Assembly (NCBI GenBank): GCA_037446695.1
Contig: JBBIHY010000001.1
Coordinates: 134,376 to 198,375, forward strand
DNA: 64,000 nucleotides
Direction of reading: 5' to 3'
Origin: Bacteroidota bacterium
GTDB taxonomy: Bacteria; Bacteroidota; Bacteroidia; Bacteroidales; PUMT01
Shown here piece after piece: positions 1 to 10,721 of the stretch. Position numbers and translations under genes: made by a program. Each line of letters begins with the position of its first letter. The first letter of the stretch is position 1. The notes under the pieces are model-generated. The model had not been told where the DNA came from. It saw only the letters and a list, made by a program, of their open reading frames with translations, and searched no databases.

Positions 1-11
1 ATAATTGTTGT

Positions 12-1316
12 TCACAAACTCCAGTAAGAGAAATATTCATTTCTGAAAGAGGGGGATTTGTGATACATTCCCTTTATGTCGGCAAGTACTCCGTTTTCGG
101 AAATCATACTTTTGAAATAGTCTGCATTAAGATTCAGGTAGTTACGGTGATTTACGGCAACTATCACTGCATCATACTTCCCGGATGGTTTTTTTGCAAG
201 AGAGAATCCATATTCCTCAGATACTTCTTCGCTTTTAGCAAAGGAGTCAATTACATCAATATGATGAATTCCAAAGGTTTTTAATTCCTTATAAACATCC
301 ACCACCTTGGAGTTTCTGATATCACTGACATTTTCCTTGAAGGTAATGCCCATAATAAGAACACGTGACTCTTTGAGTATTTTATCACAGGCAGTAAGTT
401 TCTTTACAATTTGTTTTGCCACATATGCCCCCATGGAATCGTTGATAAACCTTCCCGAGTTGATGATTTTGGTATGATATCCGAATTCCCCGGCTTTATA
501 GGAGAGGTAATACGGGTCCACACCTATACAATGTCCGCCAACCAATCCCGGGAAGAACCGCAGGAAATTCCATTTGGTGGAAGCTGCTTCTAGAACATCG
601 TAAGTGTTTATTCCCATACGGTTGAAAATAATGGAAAGCTCATTCATGAAAGCGATATTGATATCACGCTGGGTGTTTTCAATAATCTTGGCTGCCTCGG
701 CAACCTTTATGGAACTGGCTTTATGAACGCCTGCATCTATGATTAACTCATAAACTCCTGCAATGTTTTTCAGGGCTTCCTCATCGCAGCCCGAAACTAC
801 TTTTACGATTTTCGTGAGAGTATGTTCTTTGTCGCCAGGATTAATTCTCTCAGGCGAGAAACCCACTTTAAAATCCCTCACGTATTTTAATCCTGATTCT
901 TTTTCCAGAATGGGCACACAATCTTCTTCGGTGCAGCCAGGGTATACTGTAGATTCGTATACAACATAATCCCCCTTCTTCAGAATTTTTCCTACTGTTT
1001 TTGTTGCACTTAAAAGCGGTTTTAAATCAGGCAAGTTGTGTTGGTCAATGGGTGTAGGCACAGCAATGATATGGAAATCAGCTTTCGACAAATCCTTTGG
1101 ATTGGCTGTAAAAAGTATGTCACAACCTTCAAAAGCACTTTCTTCCAGTTCGTTGCTGGGATCAATCTTTTTTTTCATCAGTGCTATACGGTTTTCTTTA
1201 ATATCAAAACCAATAACAGGCAGTTTTCTGGCAAATTCAAGTGCGATTGGTAATCCGACATAGCCCAGGCCAATCACCGATATTTTCTTTTTCTTGCTGA
1301 TAATTTCCTCGAACAT
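12..1316 (-). CDS. wbpA: UDP-N-acetyl-D-glucosamine/galactosamine 6-dehydrogenase (WbpA/WbpO family)
   Basis: GLGYVG Rossmann motif, YESTVYPG, FSPERINPG, catalytic GGHCI; last gene of the wbpE-D-B run. Confidence 0.85.
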   Translation of the reverse strand: MFEEIISKKKKISVIGLGYVGLPIALEFARKLPVIGFDIKENRIALMKKKIDPSNELEESAFEGCDILFTANPKDLSKADFHIIAVPTPIDQHNLPDLKPLLSATKTVGKILKKGDYVVYESTVYPGCTEEDCVPILEKESGLKYVRDFKVGFSPERINPGDKEHTLTKIVKVVSGCDEEALKNIAGVYELIIDAGVHKASSIKVAEAAKIIENTQRDINIAFMNELSIIFNRMGINTYDVLEAASTKWNFLRFFPGLVGGHCIGVDPYYLSYKAGEFGYHTKIINSGRFINDSMGAYVAKQIVKKLTACDKILKESRVLIMGITFKENVSDIRNSKVVDVYKELKTFGIHHIDVIDSFAKSEEVSEEYGFSLAKKPSGKYDAVIVAVNHRNYLNLNADYFKSMISENGVLADIKGMYHKSPSFRNEYFSYWSL

Positions 1317-1334
1317 GGGAGTGAAAAATGTAAA

Positions 1335-2294
1335 TTATTTTATGATGGAATTAAGGTAAGGGTGGTAATCCCCCTTCAGGCCAACAGGAATAGAATTCCT
1401 TATGGTATATACTGTTTCAATGGATCTTCTGGTTTCCTCCAGCCTGAACCCCTCGCCGTTGAGTATTTTCTGGTAGGTAATTGTGTGCAGGTCGGTAAAA
1501 CCTTCACTGAATTCAAATTCAGCACCATCCATAAGAATAGATCTATAGGTTCTTTTACCGTTTTGTTTCAGTTTTAAGGGAATATCATCATAGTCGATAC
1601 TCATAAACCACCTGATGCGGGCCTGGTCGAGTCCCAAAAAGCCGCCAGCCTTTTTTTCATCGATATAATGAACTATGTTTTCCCTTACATTTCCGAATAT
1701 CCAGGTGAGCATATCAAAAAAATGCACGCCAATGTTGGTGGCAATACCTCCGGATTTCTGCTTATCGCCCTTCCAGCTGATATGATACCAGTTGCCCCTG
1801 CTTGTTATATAAGTCAGGTCAATGTCGTATATTTTGCCGGGAGGCCCTTTTTTGATTTTTTCCCTTAATTCAACAATTGAAGGATGTAACCTCAGTTGCA
1901 GGATATTGAAGATGTTTTTACCTGTTTCTTTCTCAATTTCTTCAAGCGCATCAATATTCCATGGATTCAGCACAACAGGTTTTTCACAAATTGCATCGGC
2001 GCCGTGCCGAAGGGCAAACCTGATGTGTGAATCGTGCAGATAATTGGGAGAACAGATGCTCACATAATCCATTTTTATATTCTGTCTTTTCAGCTTATCA
2101 ATGTGCCGGTCGAACCTTTCAAATTCAACAAAAAAGTGTGAATCAGGGAAAAAACTGTCGAGACGACCAACACTGTCAAATCTGTCCAGGGAGGCGAGCA
2201 GGTTATTCCCTGTTTCCTTAATAGCCTGCAGGTGGCGGAGGGCAACAAATCCCGAAACTCCAATGAGCGAGAAATTTTTTGATGTTTGCGTCAT
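1335..2294 (-). CDS. wbpB: UDP-GlcNAcA 3-dehydrogenase, Gfo/Idh/MocA family (WbpB/WlbA)
   Basis: ICSPNYLHDSH, CEKP, KSGGIATNIGVHFFD, EFSEGFTDLH motifs typical of WbpB. Confidence 0.9.
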   Translation of the reverse strand: MTQTSKNFSLIGVSGFVALRHLQAIKETGNNLLASLDRFDSVGRLDSFFPDSHFFVEFERFDRHIDKLKRQNIKMDYVSICSPNYLHDSHIRFALRHGADAICEKPVVLNPWNIDALEEIEKETGKNIFNILQLRLHPSIVELREKIKKGPPGKIYDIDLTYITSRGNWYHISWKGDKQKSGGIATNIGVHFFDMLTWIFGNVRENIVHYIDEKKAGGFLGLDQARIRWFMSIDYDDIPLKLKQNGKRTYRSILMDGAEFEFSEGFTDLHTITYQKILNGEGFRLEETRRSIETVYTIRNSIPVGLKGDYHPYLNSIIK

Positions 2295-2300
2295 GCTATT

Positions 2301-2885
2301 CTAGGATAATTTTCTGACAAGGCCATTGGACAACTTATATTTCTCCCTGCTCTCAGGGCACTCTGCAATTCCTGTGTCATTGAAATTCAGTTTGTGTCCA
2401 TATTCACTCATCCAGCCAACCTGCCTGGCGGGATTCCCAACCACAAGGGCATAAGGTTTCACTTCTCTGGTAACAACCGCTCCTGCACCAATAAAGGAAA
2501 ATGCCCCTATCGGGTTGCCACATACAATGGTTGCATTTGCTCCAATGGTTGCACCCTTTCCTACAAGTGTCTTTAAATATTTATCTTTTCTCACAACAGC
2601 ACTCCTGGGATTGACCACATTGGTAAACACCATGGATGGACCAAGAAATACGTCGTCCTCACAGATCACGCCGGTATAGACCGAAACATTGTTCTGTATT
2701 TTAACATTTTTTCCCAGGACAACATCGGGGGAGATAACAACATTCTGCCCGAGATTGCAGTTTTCTCCTATAATACACCCGGTCATTATGTGACTGAAAT
2801 GCCAGATTTTCGTTCCTTCTCCTATTATGCAGTTTTCATCAATCACTGCTGTTTCGTGTGCAAAATACCCCGGGTCTTTAGTCAT
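2301..2885 (-). CDS. wbpD: UDP-2-acetamido-3-amino-2,3-dideoxyglucuronate N-acetyltransferase (hexapeptide repeat)
   Basis: KIWHFSH, KIQNNVSVY, GPSMVFTNVVNPRS, GNPARQ motifs; operon context. Confidence 0.9.
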   Translation of the reverse strand: MTKDPGYFAHETAVIDENCIIGEGTKIWHFSHIMTGCIIGENCNLGQNVVISPDVVLGKNVKIQNNVSVYTGVICEDDVFLGPSMVFTNVVNPRSAVVRKDKYLKTLVGKGATIGANATIVCGNPIGAFSFIGAGAVVTREVKPYALVVGNPARQVGWMSEYGHKLNFNDTGIAECPESREKYKLSNGLVRKLS

Positions 2886-2897
2886 AACAAATTTGAT

Positions 2898-4034
2898 TTA
2901 ACTGTTCTGATTTACAAAATCAATAACTGCATTAGCAATGTAATCCAGGTCGTTTTCAGTGAGTTCCGTATGCACTGGCAGGGAGATTACATTATCCGAC
3001 AAATACTCGGCAACCGGAAAAGCTCCTTTTTTGTAACCCAAATCAGAGTATGCCTTTAACATATGCATGGGCACAGGATAATACACCATGGTTGGAATAT
3101 TTTTGTTTGCCAGAAACTCAGCCATTGCCGGCCGGTTAATGCCATTCAGCTTGAGAGTATACTGGTGGAAAATGTGGGTAGAATAGGCTCTTCTGGCAGG
3201 AATGGTCAATTGCTGAATACCTTTAAAGGCATTGTCATAAAAATTGGCAACTTTCTCCCTTGCAGTATTATACTGGTCAAGGTATTTGAGTTTAACATTC
3301 AATATCGCTGCCTGAATACTATCCAGCCTTGAATTGATACCAACTGTTTCATGGTAATATTTGACTCTACTACCATGGTTGGCTATACAGCGGATTTTTT
3401 CTGCAAACTCCTGGTTGTTTGTAAAAACTGCACCACCATCGCCATAACACCCCAGGTTTTTGGACGGGAAAAACGAAGTGCAGCCAATGTGCCCCACCGC
3501 TCCGGCTCTTTTTGCGAGGCCGTTTGAAAAACTATAGCTCGTACCCAAAGCCTGCGCAACATCTTCAATAACATATAAATTATGCCTTGCAGCTATATCC
3601 ATAATAATTTCCATGTTGGCACACTGGCCAAATAAGTGCACTGGGATAATGGCTTTTGTTTTTTGGGTAATGGCCTTTTCAATCTGATTGATATCTATAT
3701 TGAAGGTTTCAGTTTTGGCATCCACCAATACCGGTTTCAGTCCAAGGATGGAGATTGCTTCAACTGTTGCAACAAAAGTAAATGCAGTTGTTATGACTTC
3801 GTCCCCCGGCTTGAGATCGAGGGCCATCAGGGCAAGCTGCAGTGCATCTGTTCCGTTGGCACAGGTAATTACATGTGAAACACCCAGATAGCCCTCCAGG
3901 TTTTTCTGAAAATCCTTAACATCGGGACCGTTAATAAAGGCTGAGGAATCAATTACCGACTGGATCGCAGCATCAATTTCAGGCTTGATTTTTTGGTATT
4001 GACCGGAGAGGTCTACCATCTGAAGTTTTTTCAT
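2898..4034 (-). CDS. wbpE: DegT/DnrJ/EryC1/StrS PLP aminotransferase (WbpE-like)
   Basis: NGTDAL, SFFPSKNLGCYGDGG PLP-Lys motif; start moved to ATG 4034 because the track's TTG lies inside a TAnnTTTG promoter. Confidence 0.85.
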   Translation of the reverse strand: MKKLQMVDLSGQYQKIKPEIDAAIQSVIDSSAFINGPDVKDFQKNLEGYLGVSHVITCANGTDALQLALMALDLKPGDEVITTAFTFVATVEAISILGLKPVLVDAKTETFNIDINQIEKAITQKTKAIIPVHLFGQCANMEIIMDIAARHNLYVIEDVAQALGTSYSFSNGLAKRAGAVGHIGCTSFFPSKNLGCYGDGGAVFTNNQEFAEKIRCIANHGSRVKYYHETVGINSRLDSIQAAILNVKLKYLDQYNTAREKVANFYDNAFKGIQQLTIPARRAYSTHIFHQYTLKLNGINRPAMAEFLANKNIPTMVYYPVPMHMLKAYSDLGYKKGAFPVAEYLSDNVISLPVHTELTENDLDYIANAVIDFVNQNS

Positions 4035-4052
4035 GCTTAATGGGAATAAGTG

Positions 4053-4060
4053 CAAATATA
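4053..4060 (-). promoter_or_regulatory. Bacteroidota sigma-70 -7 element (TATATTTG) for the wbp operon
   Basis: Matches the TAnnTTTG consensus about 20 nt upstream of the wbpE ATG. Confidence 0.55.
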
Positions 4061-4244
4061 ATAAAACCGAAAATTATAGCATTTTATAATCAACATGGGA
4101 AAAGGGAACCAAAAAATATTGGACCGGCTTAAAAACTTTTTCTGTTTTTCGGAAGGTTGGACAAATTCTTTTTTTAAAGATTGTGATTTTTATATTGCGG
4201 AATTGGCAAATTTCATGTAGGTTTGTTTTGAAAATTGAAAAAAA

Positions 4245-5258
4245 GTGGAAACTGTAAAAATTATCAGGGAGCTTTTGTATGAACATGATTGCGTGATTAT
4301 TCCCGGTTTTGGGGCTTTAATTGGGAATTATATCCCTGCGCATTTTGACAGGGTAAAAAATGAATTTCAGCCACCTTCCAAGCAAATTGGGTTTAACCAC
4401 AGGCTGAATCACAATGACGGGTTGCTTGCCGGGACCATTTCCAGAACGAAGCAAATCGGGTATGTTGATGCCAAAAGAGTTTTGGATGAATTTGCCAACG
4501 GTTTGAATAAAAAAATTCAGAAAAGGACTGTTGTAGAGCTGGAAGGAATTGGCCGTTTTGTTCCTGACAAATCCGGCAGGATTTCCTTTGAACAGGACCC
4601 GGCTGCTAATTTTTTCCCTGATTCTTTTGGGCTGGCAGCATTTCATGTTCAGCCCAGGGATACCGCCGGTATTTCACGTAAGAAGGTCAAAAGGTTTAAG
4701 GATAAAGCGATTCAATACAAAGAAGTGAGTAAACGAAAATATGCCCTCGTTGCCTATATAGGTGTGCCGGTTTTAGCGGCAGCCATTGCTCTTTCCGTTT
4801 TTTATGCCGATTCATTGAGAAGTTTCAGTGTGGAGATCTCTTCCCTGAACCCCTTTTCAGCCAGGGTTGAATCCAAACCTGCCGCTGATCCTGTAATTCC
4901 TGCTGAAAACCTGGATGAGAAGTCAGTTGAAATTGCTGCCAGCATGAAGGAAATGACATCCAAAAAATCTGCTTTATATTATGAGGAAGCAAAACCTGCC
5001 GTGAGTGAACCAGTTGTGATTCCCGAAATTTCCATTGTACATTATCTTGTTGCCGGCAGTTTTAAAAATTACGACAATGCCGTAAACCTGAAACGGGATT
5101 TGGAGGAACAGGGATATTCTGCAGAAATCCTTGATTTTGGCAATGATTTTTACAGGGTAGCTATGGCCTCCTTCCGTGATCGTGAGAAAGCGATTGGAGA
5201 ACTCTACAAGCTGCGTTCTGTTAGGGAGTTTGAATCGGTCTGGCTACTAAGCAAATAA
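4245..5258 (+). CDS. HU/CCDC81-like N-terminal domain, TM helix and SPOR domain protein
   Basis: HDCVIIPGFGALI and NDGLL N-terminus, hydrophobic YALVAYIGVPVLAAAIAL helix, YLVAGSFKNYDNA SPOR signature. Confidence 0.8.
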   Translation: METVKIIRELLYEHDCVIIPGFGALIGNYIPAHFDRVKNEFQPPSKQIGFNHRLNHNDGLLAGTISRTKQIGYVDAKRVLDEFANGLNKKIQKRTVVELEGIGRFVPDKSGRISFEQDPAANFFPDSFGLAAFHVQPRDTAGISRKKVKRFKDKAIQYKEVSKRKYALVAYIGVPVLAAAIALSVFYADSLRSFSVEISSLNPFSARVESKPAADPVIPAENLDEKSVEIAASMKEMTSKKSALYYEEAKPAVSEPVVIPEISIVHYLVAGSFKNYDNAVNLKRDLEEQGYSAEILDFGNDFYRVAMASFRDREKAIGELYKLRSVREFESVWLLSK

Positions 5259-5259
5259 T

Positions 5260-5293
5260 AAAAAAAGGGCTGCTGAATGGCAGCCCTTTTTTT
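5260..5293. terminator. Bidirectional intrinsic terminator
   Basis: AAAAAAAGGGCTGC-tgaatg-GCAGCCCTTTTTTT between convergent genes. Confidence 0.9.
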
Positions 5294-5304
5294 GCTATTA
5301 TCTT

Positions 5305-7338
5305 TTATTTAACAGTACTTCCATTAGCAGACTTTTCAAGGGGAGAAACAAAAACCAGTTTGCCATCCGGGTTTTCAGCCATAAGTATCATGCCCTTCGA
5401 TTCAATGCCCCTTATTTCCCTGGGCTCCAGGTTAATCAGGATGCTTACCTGTTTGCCAATTATTGCAGTGGGTTCAAAGTATTCCGCAATGCCTGATACA
5501 ACGGTTCTGACATCCACTCCTGTATCAATTTTAAGCTTCATCAGCTTTTTTGTTTTGGCTATCTTTTCAGCCTCCAGGATGGTTCCTACACGTATATCCA
5601 TTTTGGTAAATTCCTCGTAGCTGATGTTGTCTTTTTGTGGTTCAGAGGATTGATTTTGTAACTGGTTCAACATTTTCGTATTTAATAATTTCTGAATTTG
5701 CTTTTCAACCTGCTCGTCTTCAATTTTGTCAAACAATAATGATGCCTTATTTAGCTGATGGCCTGAAGTAATCAAATTCCCGTTTCCGGTTTTACTCCAG
5801 TCGATATCCGTCATATTTAAAAAGTCACGAAGCTTTTGTGAAGCAAACGGAAGGAAAGGATCTGATAAAACAGCAAGTTCAGCAGAGATCTGAACAGCAA
5901 TATTCAAAATGGTTTTTACCCTTTCGGGGTTTGTCTTGAATGTGTTCCATGGTTCTGTATCGGCCAGGTATTTATTGCCAAGCCGGGCAATATTCATGAA
6001 ATCTTTCAGTGCTTCCCTGAATTTGAATAGTTCCAGGTTATTCTCCAAAGAGGATTTTAGCAGTGGAAGCTGTGCCAGGGTTTCCCTGTCATAGTCTTCC
6101 AGTTTCTCTTTTTCAGGTACTTTCCCCTCATAATACTTATGTGTGAGAACAAAGGTGCGGTTGACAAAATTACCAAATATTGCCACGAGTTCGTTGTTGT
6201 TCCTTGCCTGGAAGTCTTTCCAGGTAAAGTCATTATCTTTTGTTTCAGGTGCATTGGCACATAATACATACCTGAGAACATCCTGCTTGTCTTTAAACTC
6301 TTCAAGGTATTCATGCAACCATACCGCCCAATTGCGAGAGGTGGAAATTTTATCCCCCTCCAGATTAAGAAATTCGTTGGCAGGTACATTTTCGGGAAGA
6401 ATATAACTTCCTTCAGCCAAAAGCATGGCAGGGAAAATGATACAGTGGAAAACGATATTGTCTTTTCCAATAAAATGAATCATCCTGGTTTGCTTGTTTT
6501 TCCAGTATTTTTCCCATTCGGGAGTAAGCTCCCTTGTTGCAGATATATAGCCAATTGGAGCATCAAACCATACATAAAGAACCTTTCCGGCAGCATTTTC
6601 TACCGGTAGCGGAACTCCCCAGTCAAGGTCACGGCTAACTGCCCGGGGTTGCAGGCCATGGTCCAGCCAGGATTTACATTGTCCGTAAACATTTGATTTC
6701 CAATGCTTGTTTTCCTCCAGTATCCATTTTTTTAAAATTGGTTCATACTTGTCAAGTGGAAGAAACCAGTGTTTGGTTTCCTTCATCACAGGCTGACTGC
6801 CGCTGATGGTGGAGCGGGGATTAATCAGATCGGTCGGGTTGAGTGATGTACCACATTTTTCGCACTGATCGCCATAGGCGTTTTCATTGCTGCAGCGAGG
6901 ACAAATTCCCATTATATACCTGTCAGCCAAAAATTGTTTTGCTTCTGTATCGTAATACTGTTCAGAAATCTTCTCAATAAACTCTCCATTATCATAAAGT
7001 TTCCTGAAAAACCCCGATGCGGTTTCGTAATGAATTTTATTGGAAGTCCTGGAGTAAATATCGAAGGTTATACCAAAATCTTCGAAGACCTTTTTGTTTA
7101 TCTCGTGGTATTTGTCAACCACCTGCTGCGGGGTAATTCCCTCCTGCCTGGCTTTTATGGTTATAGGAACCCCATGTTCATCGGAACCGCATATATGAAT
7201 CACATCCATACCCTTTAATCTCTGGAAGCGTGTATAAATATCTGAAGGAACATAAACTCCGGCAAGGTGTCCGATATGTATTGGCCCATTGGCATAGGGC
7301 AGGGCAGATGTTACCAGAATGCGCTTGTAATCTTTCAT
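5305..7338 (-). CDS. metG: Methionine--tRNA ligase with C-terminal tRNA-binding domain
   Basis: ALPYANG, HIGH, Zn knuckle CxxC...CxxC, KISTS (KMSKS equivalent), C-terminal OB domain. Confidence 0.98.
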   Translation of the reverse strand: MKDYKRILVTSALPYANGPIHIGHLAGVYVPSDIYTRFQRLKGMDVIHICGSDEHGVPITIKARQEGITPQQVVDKYHEINKKVFEDFGITFDIYSRTSNKIHYETASGFFRKLYDNGEFIEKISEQYYDTEAKQFLADRYIMGICPRCSNENAYGDQCEKCGTSLNPTDLINPRSTISGSQPVMKETKHWFLPLDKYEPILKKWILEENKHWKSNVYGQCKSWLDHGLQPRAVSRDLDWGVPLPVENAAGKVLYVWFDAPIGYISATRELTPEWEKYWKNKQTRMIHFIGKDNIVFHCIIFPAMLLAEGSYILPENVPANEFLNLEGDKISTSRNWAVWLHEYLEEFKDKQDVLRYVLCANAPETKDNDFTWKDFQARNNNELVAIFGNFVNRTFVLTHKYYEGKVPEKEKLEDYDRETLAQLPLLKSSLENNLELFKFREALKDFMNIARLGNKYLADTEPWNTFKTNPERVKTILNIAVQISAELAVLSDPFLPFASQKLRDFLNMTDIDWSKTGNGNLITSGHQLNKASLLFDKIEDEQVEKQIQKLLNTKMLNQLQNQSSEPQKDNISYEEFTKMDIRVGTILEAEKIAKTKKLMKLKIDTGVDVRTVVSGIAEYFEPTAIIGKQVSILINLEPREIRGIESKGMILMAENPDGKLVFVSPLEKSANGSTVK

Positions 7339-7511
7339 TTGAGGTATTGAATGTTAGACTGTTATGGTTGATATTCAAAAAATTAATTTAATTCATTTTG
7401 TACCCTTAAGTAATTGTCTGAAATAAATTAATTTAGCAAATATAAGGATTTGAATCTTTGGATGTTTCAGGATTTTTATTCTTACTGGTTTTTAACTTAC
7501 AGTTTCAGACA

Positions 7512-8420
7512 ATGGTTATTCCACCTTATCTTAATCCAGGCGATTGCGTTGGAATCATTTCCCCTTCGAGGAAAATCAGTGTACAGGAACTGGAAATGAG
7601 TATCAAGATTATTCAGTCTTGGGGCTTTAAGGTTATTACCGGCAGAAATGTATTTGCCTCCTCTAACCAGTTTGCAGGGAGCGATGATCAAAGAATGGAG
7701 GATTTTCAGAAAATGCTGGATAATACGGAGATAAAGGCGGTAATCTGTTCCAGGGGAGGTTACGGATCAGTCAGGATGATTGACAGCCTGGATTTTTCAA
7801 AATTTATTGCCTCGCCTAAATGGATCGCAGGTTTTAGCGATATTACCGTGTTTCACAGTCACATTAATAAGAATCTTGGAATTGCTACACTGCATTGCGA
7901 AATGCCACTGAACTTTGCAAAAAAGGAAACTCACCCTGATTCAATTGAAACAATTCGAAAAGCATTGACCGGGGAGGAAATTGTCTATAAAAGCGAATTA
8001 AAAGGCTTTTTCAATGAAGGAAATGTGACAGGAATAATTACAGGTGGCAACCTTTCGGTTCTCTATAGCTTATTGGGTTCTGTATCGGATATCAATACAG
8101 ATGGCAGGATTCTGTTCATTGAGGATCTGGATGAATATCTTTACCACATTGACAGGATGATGGTGGCCATGAAGAGGGCTGGTAAGCTGTACAGGATTAA
8201 GGGGCTGATTGTGGGAGGGCTGACCGGCATGAAAGACAACCAGGAACCTTTTGGGAAAACAGCCGAAGAAATTGTAATGGAACATGTGGCTGATTTGGTA
8301 ATTCCCAAAATTTTTAATTTTCCGTCAGGTCATCTCACACGAAATTTGTCATTAAAGTTTGGTGCAGAAACGAATTTGTGTGTTGAAAGAGGAAGATACA
8401 CACTTAAACAGTTGACATGA
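7512..8420 (+). CDS. ldcA: LD-carboxypeptidase, peptidase S66
   Basis: RGGYG, GFSDIT (catalytic Ser), GGNL, FIED, SGH motifs; likely start ATG 7512. Confidence 0.9.
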   Translation: MVIPPYLNPGDCVGIISPSRKISVQELEMSIKIIQSWGFKVITGRNVFASSNQFAGSDDQRMEDFQKMLDNTEIKAVICSRGGYGSVRMIDSLDFSKFIASPKWIAGFSDITVFHSHINKNLGIATLHCEMPLNFAKKETHPDSIETIRKALTGEEIVYKSELKGFFNEGNVTGIITGGNLSVLYSLLGSVSDINTDGRILFIEDLDEYLYHIDRMMVAMKRAGKLYRIKGLIVGGLTGMKDNQEPFGKTAEEIVMEHVADLVIPKIFNFPSGHLTRNLSLKFGAETNLCVERGRYTLKQLT

Positions 8421-8452
8421 ATTCAACAGAAAGGGGTTTGTTGATTTTAAAA

Positions 8453-9088
8453 CTACTGCGTGAAAAGCTTAAAGCCTGAAGGAATGGTAAACAGTTTCGG
8501 GTCAATGATTTTTCGTTCGATTTCAATCATCTCAATGTGCGTGCGTTTTTCGCGCAGCAGGTTTCTTTCTTCGGTCAACACAGGCATAAATCCCTCTGCT
8601 CCGGGAATTTGCATAAAATAGTAGTTTATTTTGTCAACACCATTGACGATTTCAATCAATCTGCGAAAGAAATAAAATTCATCATTTGCTACCCAGTATG
8701 TAATTTCAGTATTTTCTTTTTGATTTCTAACACGCCATTGGGTACAAACTACACCACGAATTCTTTTCTTGTTGGAAGTTCTTATAACTTCTATTTCCGG
8801 GTTTTGTGCATACAAATTAGGCGTAACATGAATTGTTGTAAAGAGTTTTCTTTTGGGATGAAGGGCAACCATTGCCCCGTTTTGTGTATCGACGATATAC
8901 ACCCGGGACAATTCCCTTGTTTTTGTCATTTCCTCGATGCGGATATAATAATCCTTTACATGATAGGCAAAATAGGTGGTGTCATAATGTGTCATTTTCA
9001 CGAAAGTCATGGTCCCCTCAAACCTTGCAGCAGGTTTTTCAGGCACCACGGTAAAGGAGAATAATGAAATGAAAAGGTGAAGCAGCAT
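8453..9088 (-). CDS. DUF4412-like secreted protein
   Basis: N-terminal hydrophobic stretch, KRIRGVVCTQW and C-terminal LFTIPSGF patterns. Confidence 0.6.
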   Translation of the reverse strand: MLLHLFISLFSFTVVPEKPAARFEGTMTFVKMTHYDTTYFAYHVKDYYIRIEEMTKTRELSRVYIVDTQNGAMVALHPKRKLFTTIHVTPNLYAQNPEIEVIRTSNKKRIRGVVCTQWRVRNQKENTEITYWVANDEFYFFRRLIEIVNGVDKINYYFMQIPGAEGFMPVLTEERNLLREKRTHIEMIEIERKIIDPKLFTIPSGFKLFTQ

Positions 9089-9194
9089 TCGTCTTTTTCT
9101 TTGACAACCCTATTTTAAAAATGGATGTGTAAAAGTATATTTAATACAAAAGGTATTTATATTTTTATAGATGATTTAACTCATTATTGCCGGT

Positions 9195-9560
9195 ATGGAT
9201 AATCACCTGGACTTTGGCACAAGAGGAGAGGAACTGGCAGCCAATCACCTGGAAGAAAAGGGGTATAAAATACTTGAACGAAACTGGCGGTTTGGTCACA
9301 GGGAAATTGACATAATTGCACGATATAAAGACTTATTGGTTGTTGCCGAGGTGAAAACCCGCTCAGGAACAATGTGGCAGCAGCCTTTTCAGGCAGTGAC
9401 CAGGCAAAAGCAAAGGCATCTTGTGGAAGCCACCGATTCATATATCAAAAAAAACAACCTGCACCTCGAGGTGCGGTTTGATGTTATTTCGGTTGTAATG
9501 GACCGTAAAACAACAGAAATTGAGCATATCGAAAACGCATTTTATCCTCTTCTGCGATGA
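9195..9560 (+). CDS. yraN: YraN (UPF0102) endonuclease-like protein
   Basis: GEELA, RNWR, EIDIIA, EVKTR, RFDV. Confidence 0.92.
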   Translation: MDNHLDFGTRGEELAANHLEEKGYKILERNWRFGHREIDIIARYKDLLVVAEVKTRSGTMWQQPFQAVTRQKQRHLVEATDSYIKKNNLHLEVRFDVISVVMDRKTTEIEHIENAFYPLLR

Positions 9561-9907
9561 ATATTGAGGAATTCAGGGAATATTGCCTTTCAAAACCTCA
9601 TGTAACAGAGGGGTTTCCGTTTGATGAAACCACACTGGTCTTCAAAGTGGCAGGTAAAATGTTTGCACTAACTGATGTTGAATCTCCTTTTCGTATTAAC
9701 CTGAAATGCGACCCGGAGACGGCTGTTGGGCTCAGGGAGACCTATCCATGTGTTTTGCCTGGTTATCATATGAACAAGAATCACTGGAACACAGTTGAAG
9801 TGAACGGGTCAATACCCGACAGGCTCATTTATGAATGGACGGATCACTCATATCATTTAATTGTAAGCAGCCTCCCGAAATCAATTCGTAATAAACTTAA
9901 TTTATAA
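9557..9907 (+). CDS. MmcQ/YjbR family DNA-binding protein
   Basis: FPFDETTLVFKVAGKMFAL, LKCDP, PGYHMNKNHWNTV. Confidence 0.92.
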   Translation: MNIEEFREYCLSKPHVTEGFPFDETTLVFKVAGKMFALTDVESPFRINLKCDPETAVGLRETYPCVLPGYHMNKNHWNTVEVNGSIPDRLIYEWTDHSYHLIVSSLPKSIRNKLNL

Positions 9908-9925
9908 CAACTGAAGCATAACGGA

Positions 9926-10504
9926 ATGAAAAGAATATTCTATTATTTTTTGCAGGGGCTGATACTTATCGCCCCGTTTGGCATTACTATTTACATTGTT
10001 GTATTAATAATTCAGTTTATCAACAGGATGATGGAAGGGCTTTTTGGCGATTTATTCCCTTTTAATATTCCTGGACTTGGCTTTGTATTGGTGTTTTTTG
10101 CAATTGCTTTTATGGGTTTTCTCGCCAGAACAGTTGTTGCCAGGCCTGTGGAAAAAATGTGGAACCGATTGCTTGAGAAGGCTCCCTTGTTAAAACTGGT
10201 TTATTCCTCGCTGAAAGACCTGATGAATGCCTTTGTTGGTAAGGAGAAGAAGTTCAACAGGCCAGTGAGGGTGAAGGTGAACCTTGTATCGGATATGGAG
10301 AAACTGGGTTTTCTTACTCAGGAAGACCTGGTATATTTGGGGATAGAAGGGAAAAAAGTGGCAGTCTATTTTCCCCATTCCTATAACTTCTCGGGAGAAA
10401 TGTTTATTGTTCCTGCCGAACATGTTACTCCGCTGGATGCTCCACCTTCCGAAGTGATGAAGTTCATTGTTTCAGGCGGAGCAGCAGGATTTCCAGATAA
10501 GTAA
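9926..10504 (+). CDS. DUF502 membrane protein
   Basis: FLQGLILIAP, two TM helices, VYFPHSYNFSG, KFIVSGG. Confidence 0.88.
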   Translation: MKRIFYYFLQGLILIAPFGITIYIVVLIIQFINRMMEGLFGDLFPFNIPGLGFVLVFFAIAFMGFLARTVVARPVEKMWNRLLEKAPLLKLVYSSLKDLMNAFVGKEKKFNRPVRVKVNLVSDMEKLGFLTQEDLVYLGIEGKKVAVYFPHSYNFSGEMFIVPAEHVTPLDAPPSEVMKFIVSGGAAGFPDK

Positions 10505-10509
10505 ATTTT

Positions 10510-10609
10510 CACTATTGTCCGATAAAAAAACATACCTGGTTTAAGCCCTCAAGCCGCACGGGTTCTTACTTTTTTTCTACAGCAAAAAAAGTAAGCAAAA
10601 AATGCCGCC
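10510..10609. mobile_element. Truncated copy (left end) of the MITE at 43520-43875
   Basis: About 100 bp nearly identical to 43520-43621, starting at the same CACTATTGTCCGATAAAA end; no right end found. Confidence 0.75.
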
Positions 10610-10721
10610 ATTAAGATAAGTATCGCGATGAGAAAAATTGAGATCGTGAGTTTCATGGCAATGTTCTTGCATAGTAACAAACTCAACGGAAATTGGTTCA
10701 ATTTTGACTGGGGAGTTGAAT

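Noticed and set aside
12-4034. wbpE-D-B-A cluster as a novelty
   Set aside because: Well-characterised pathway to UDP-2,3-diacetamido-2,3-dideoxyglucuronate.
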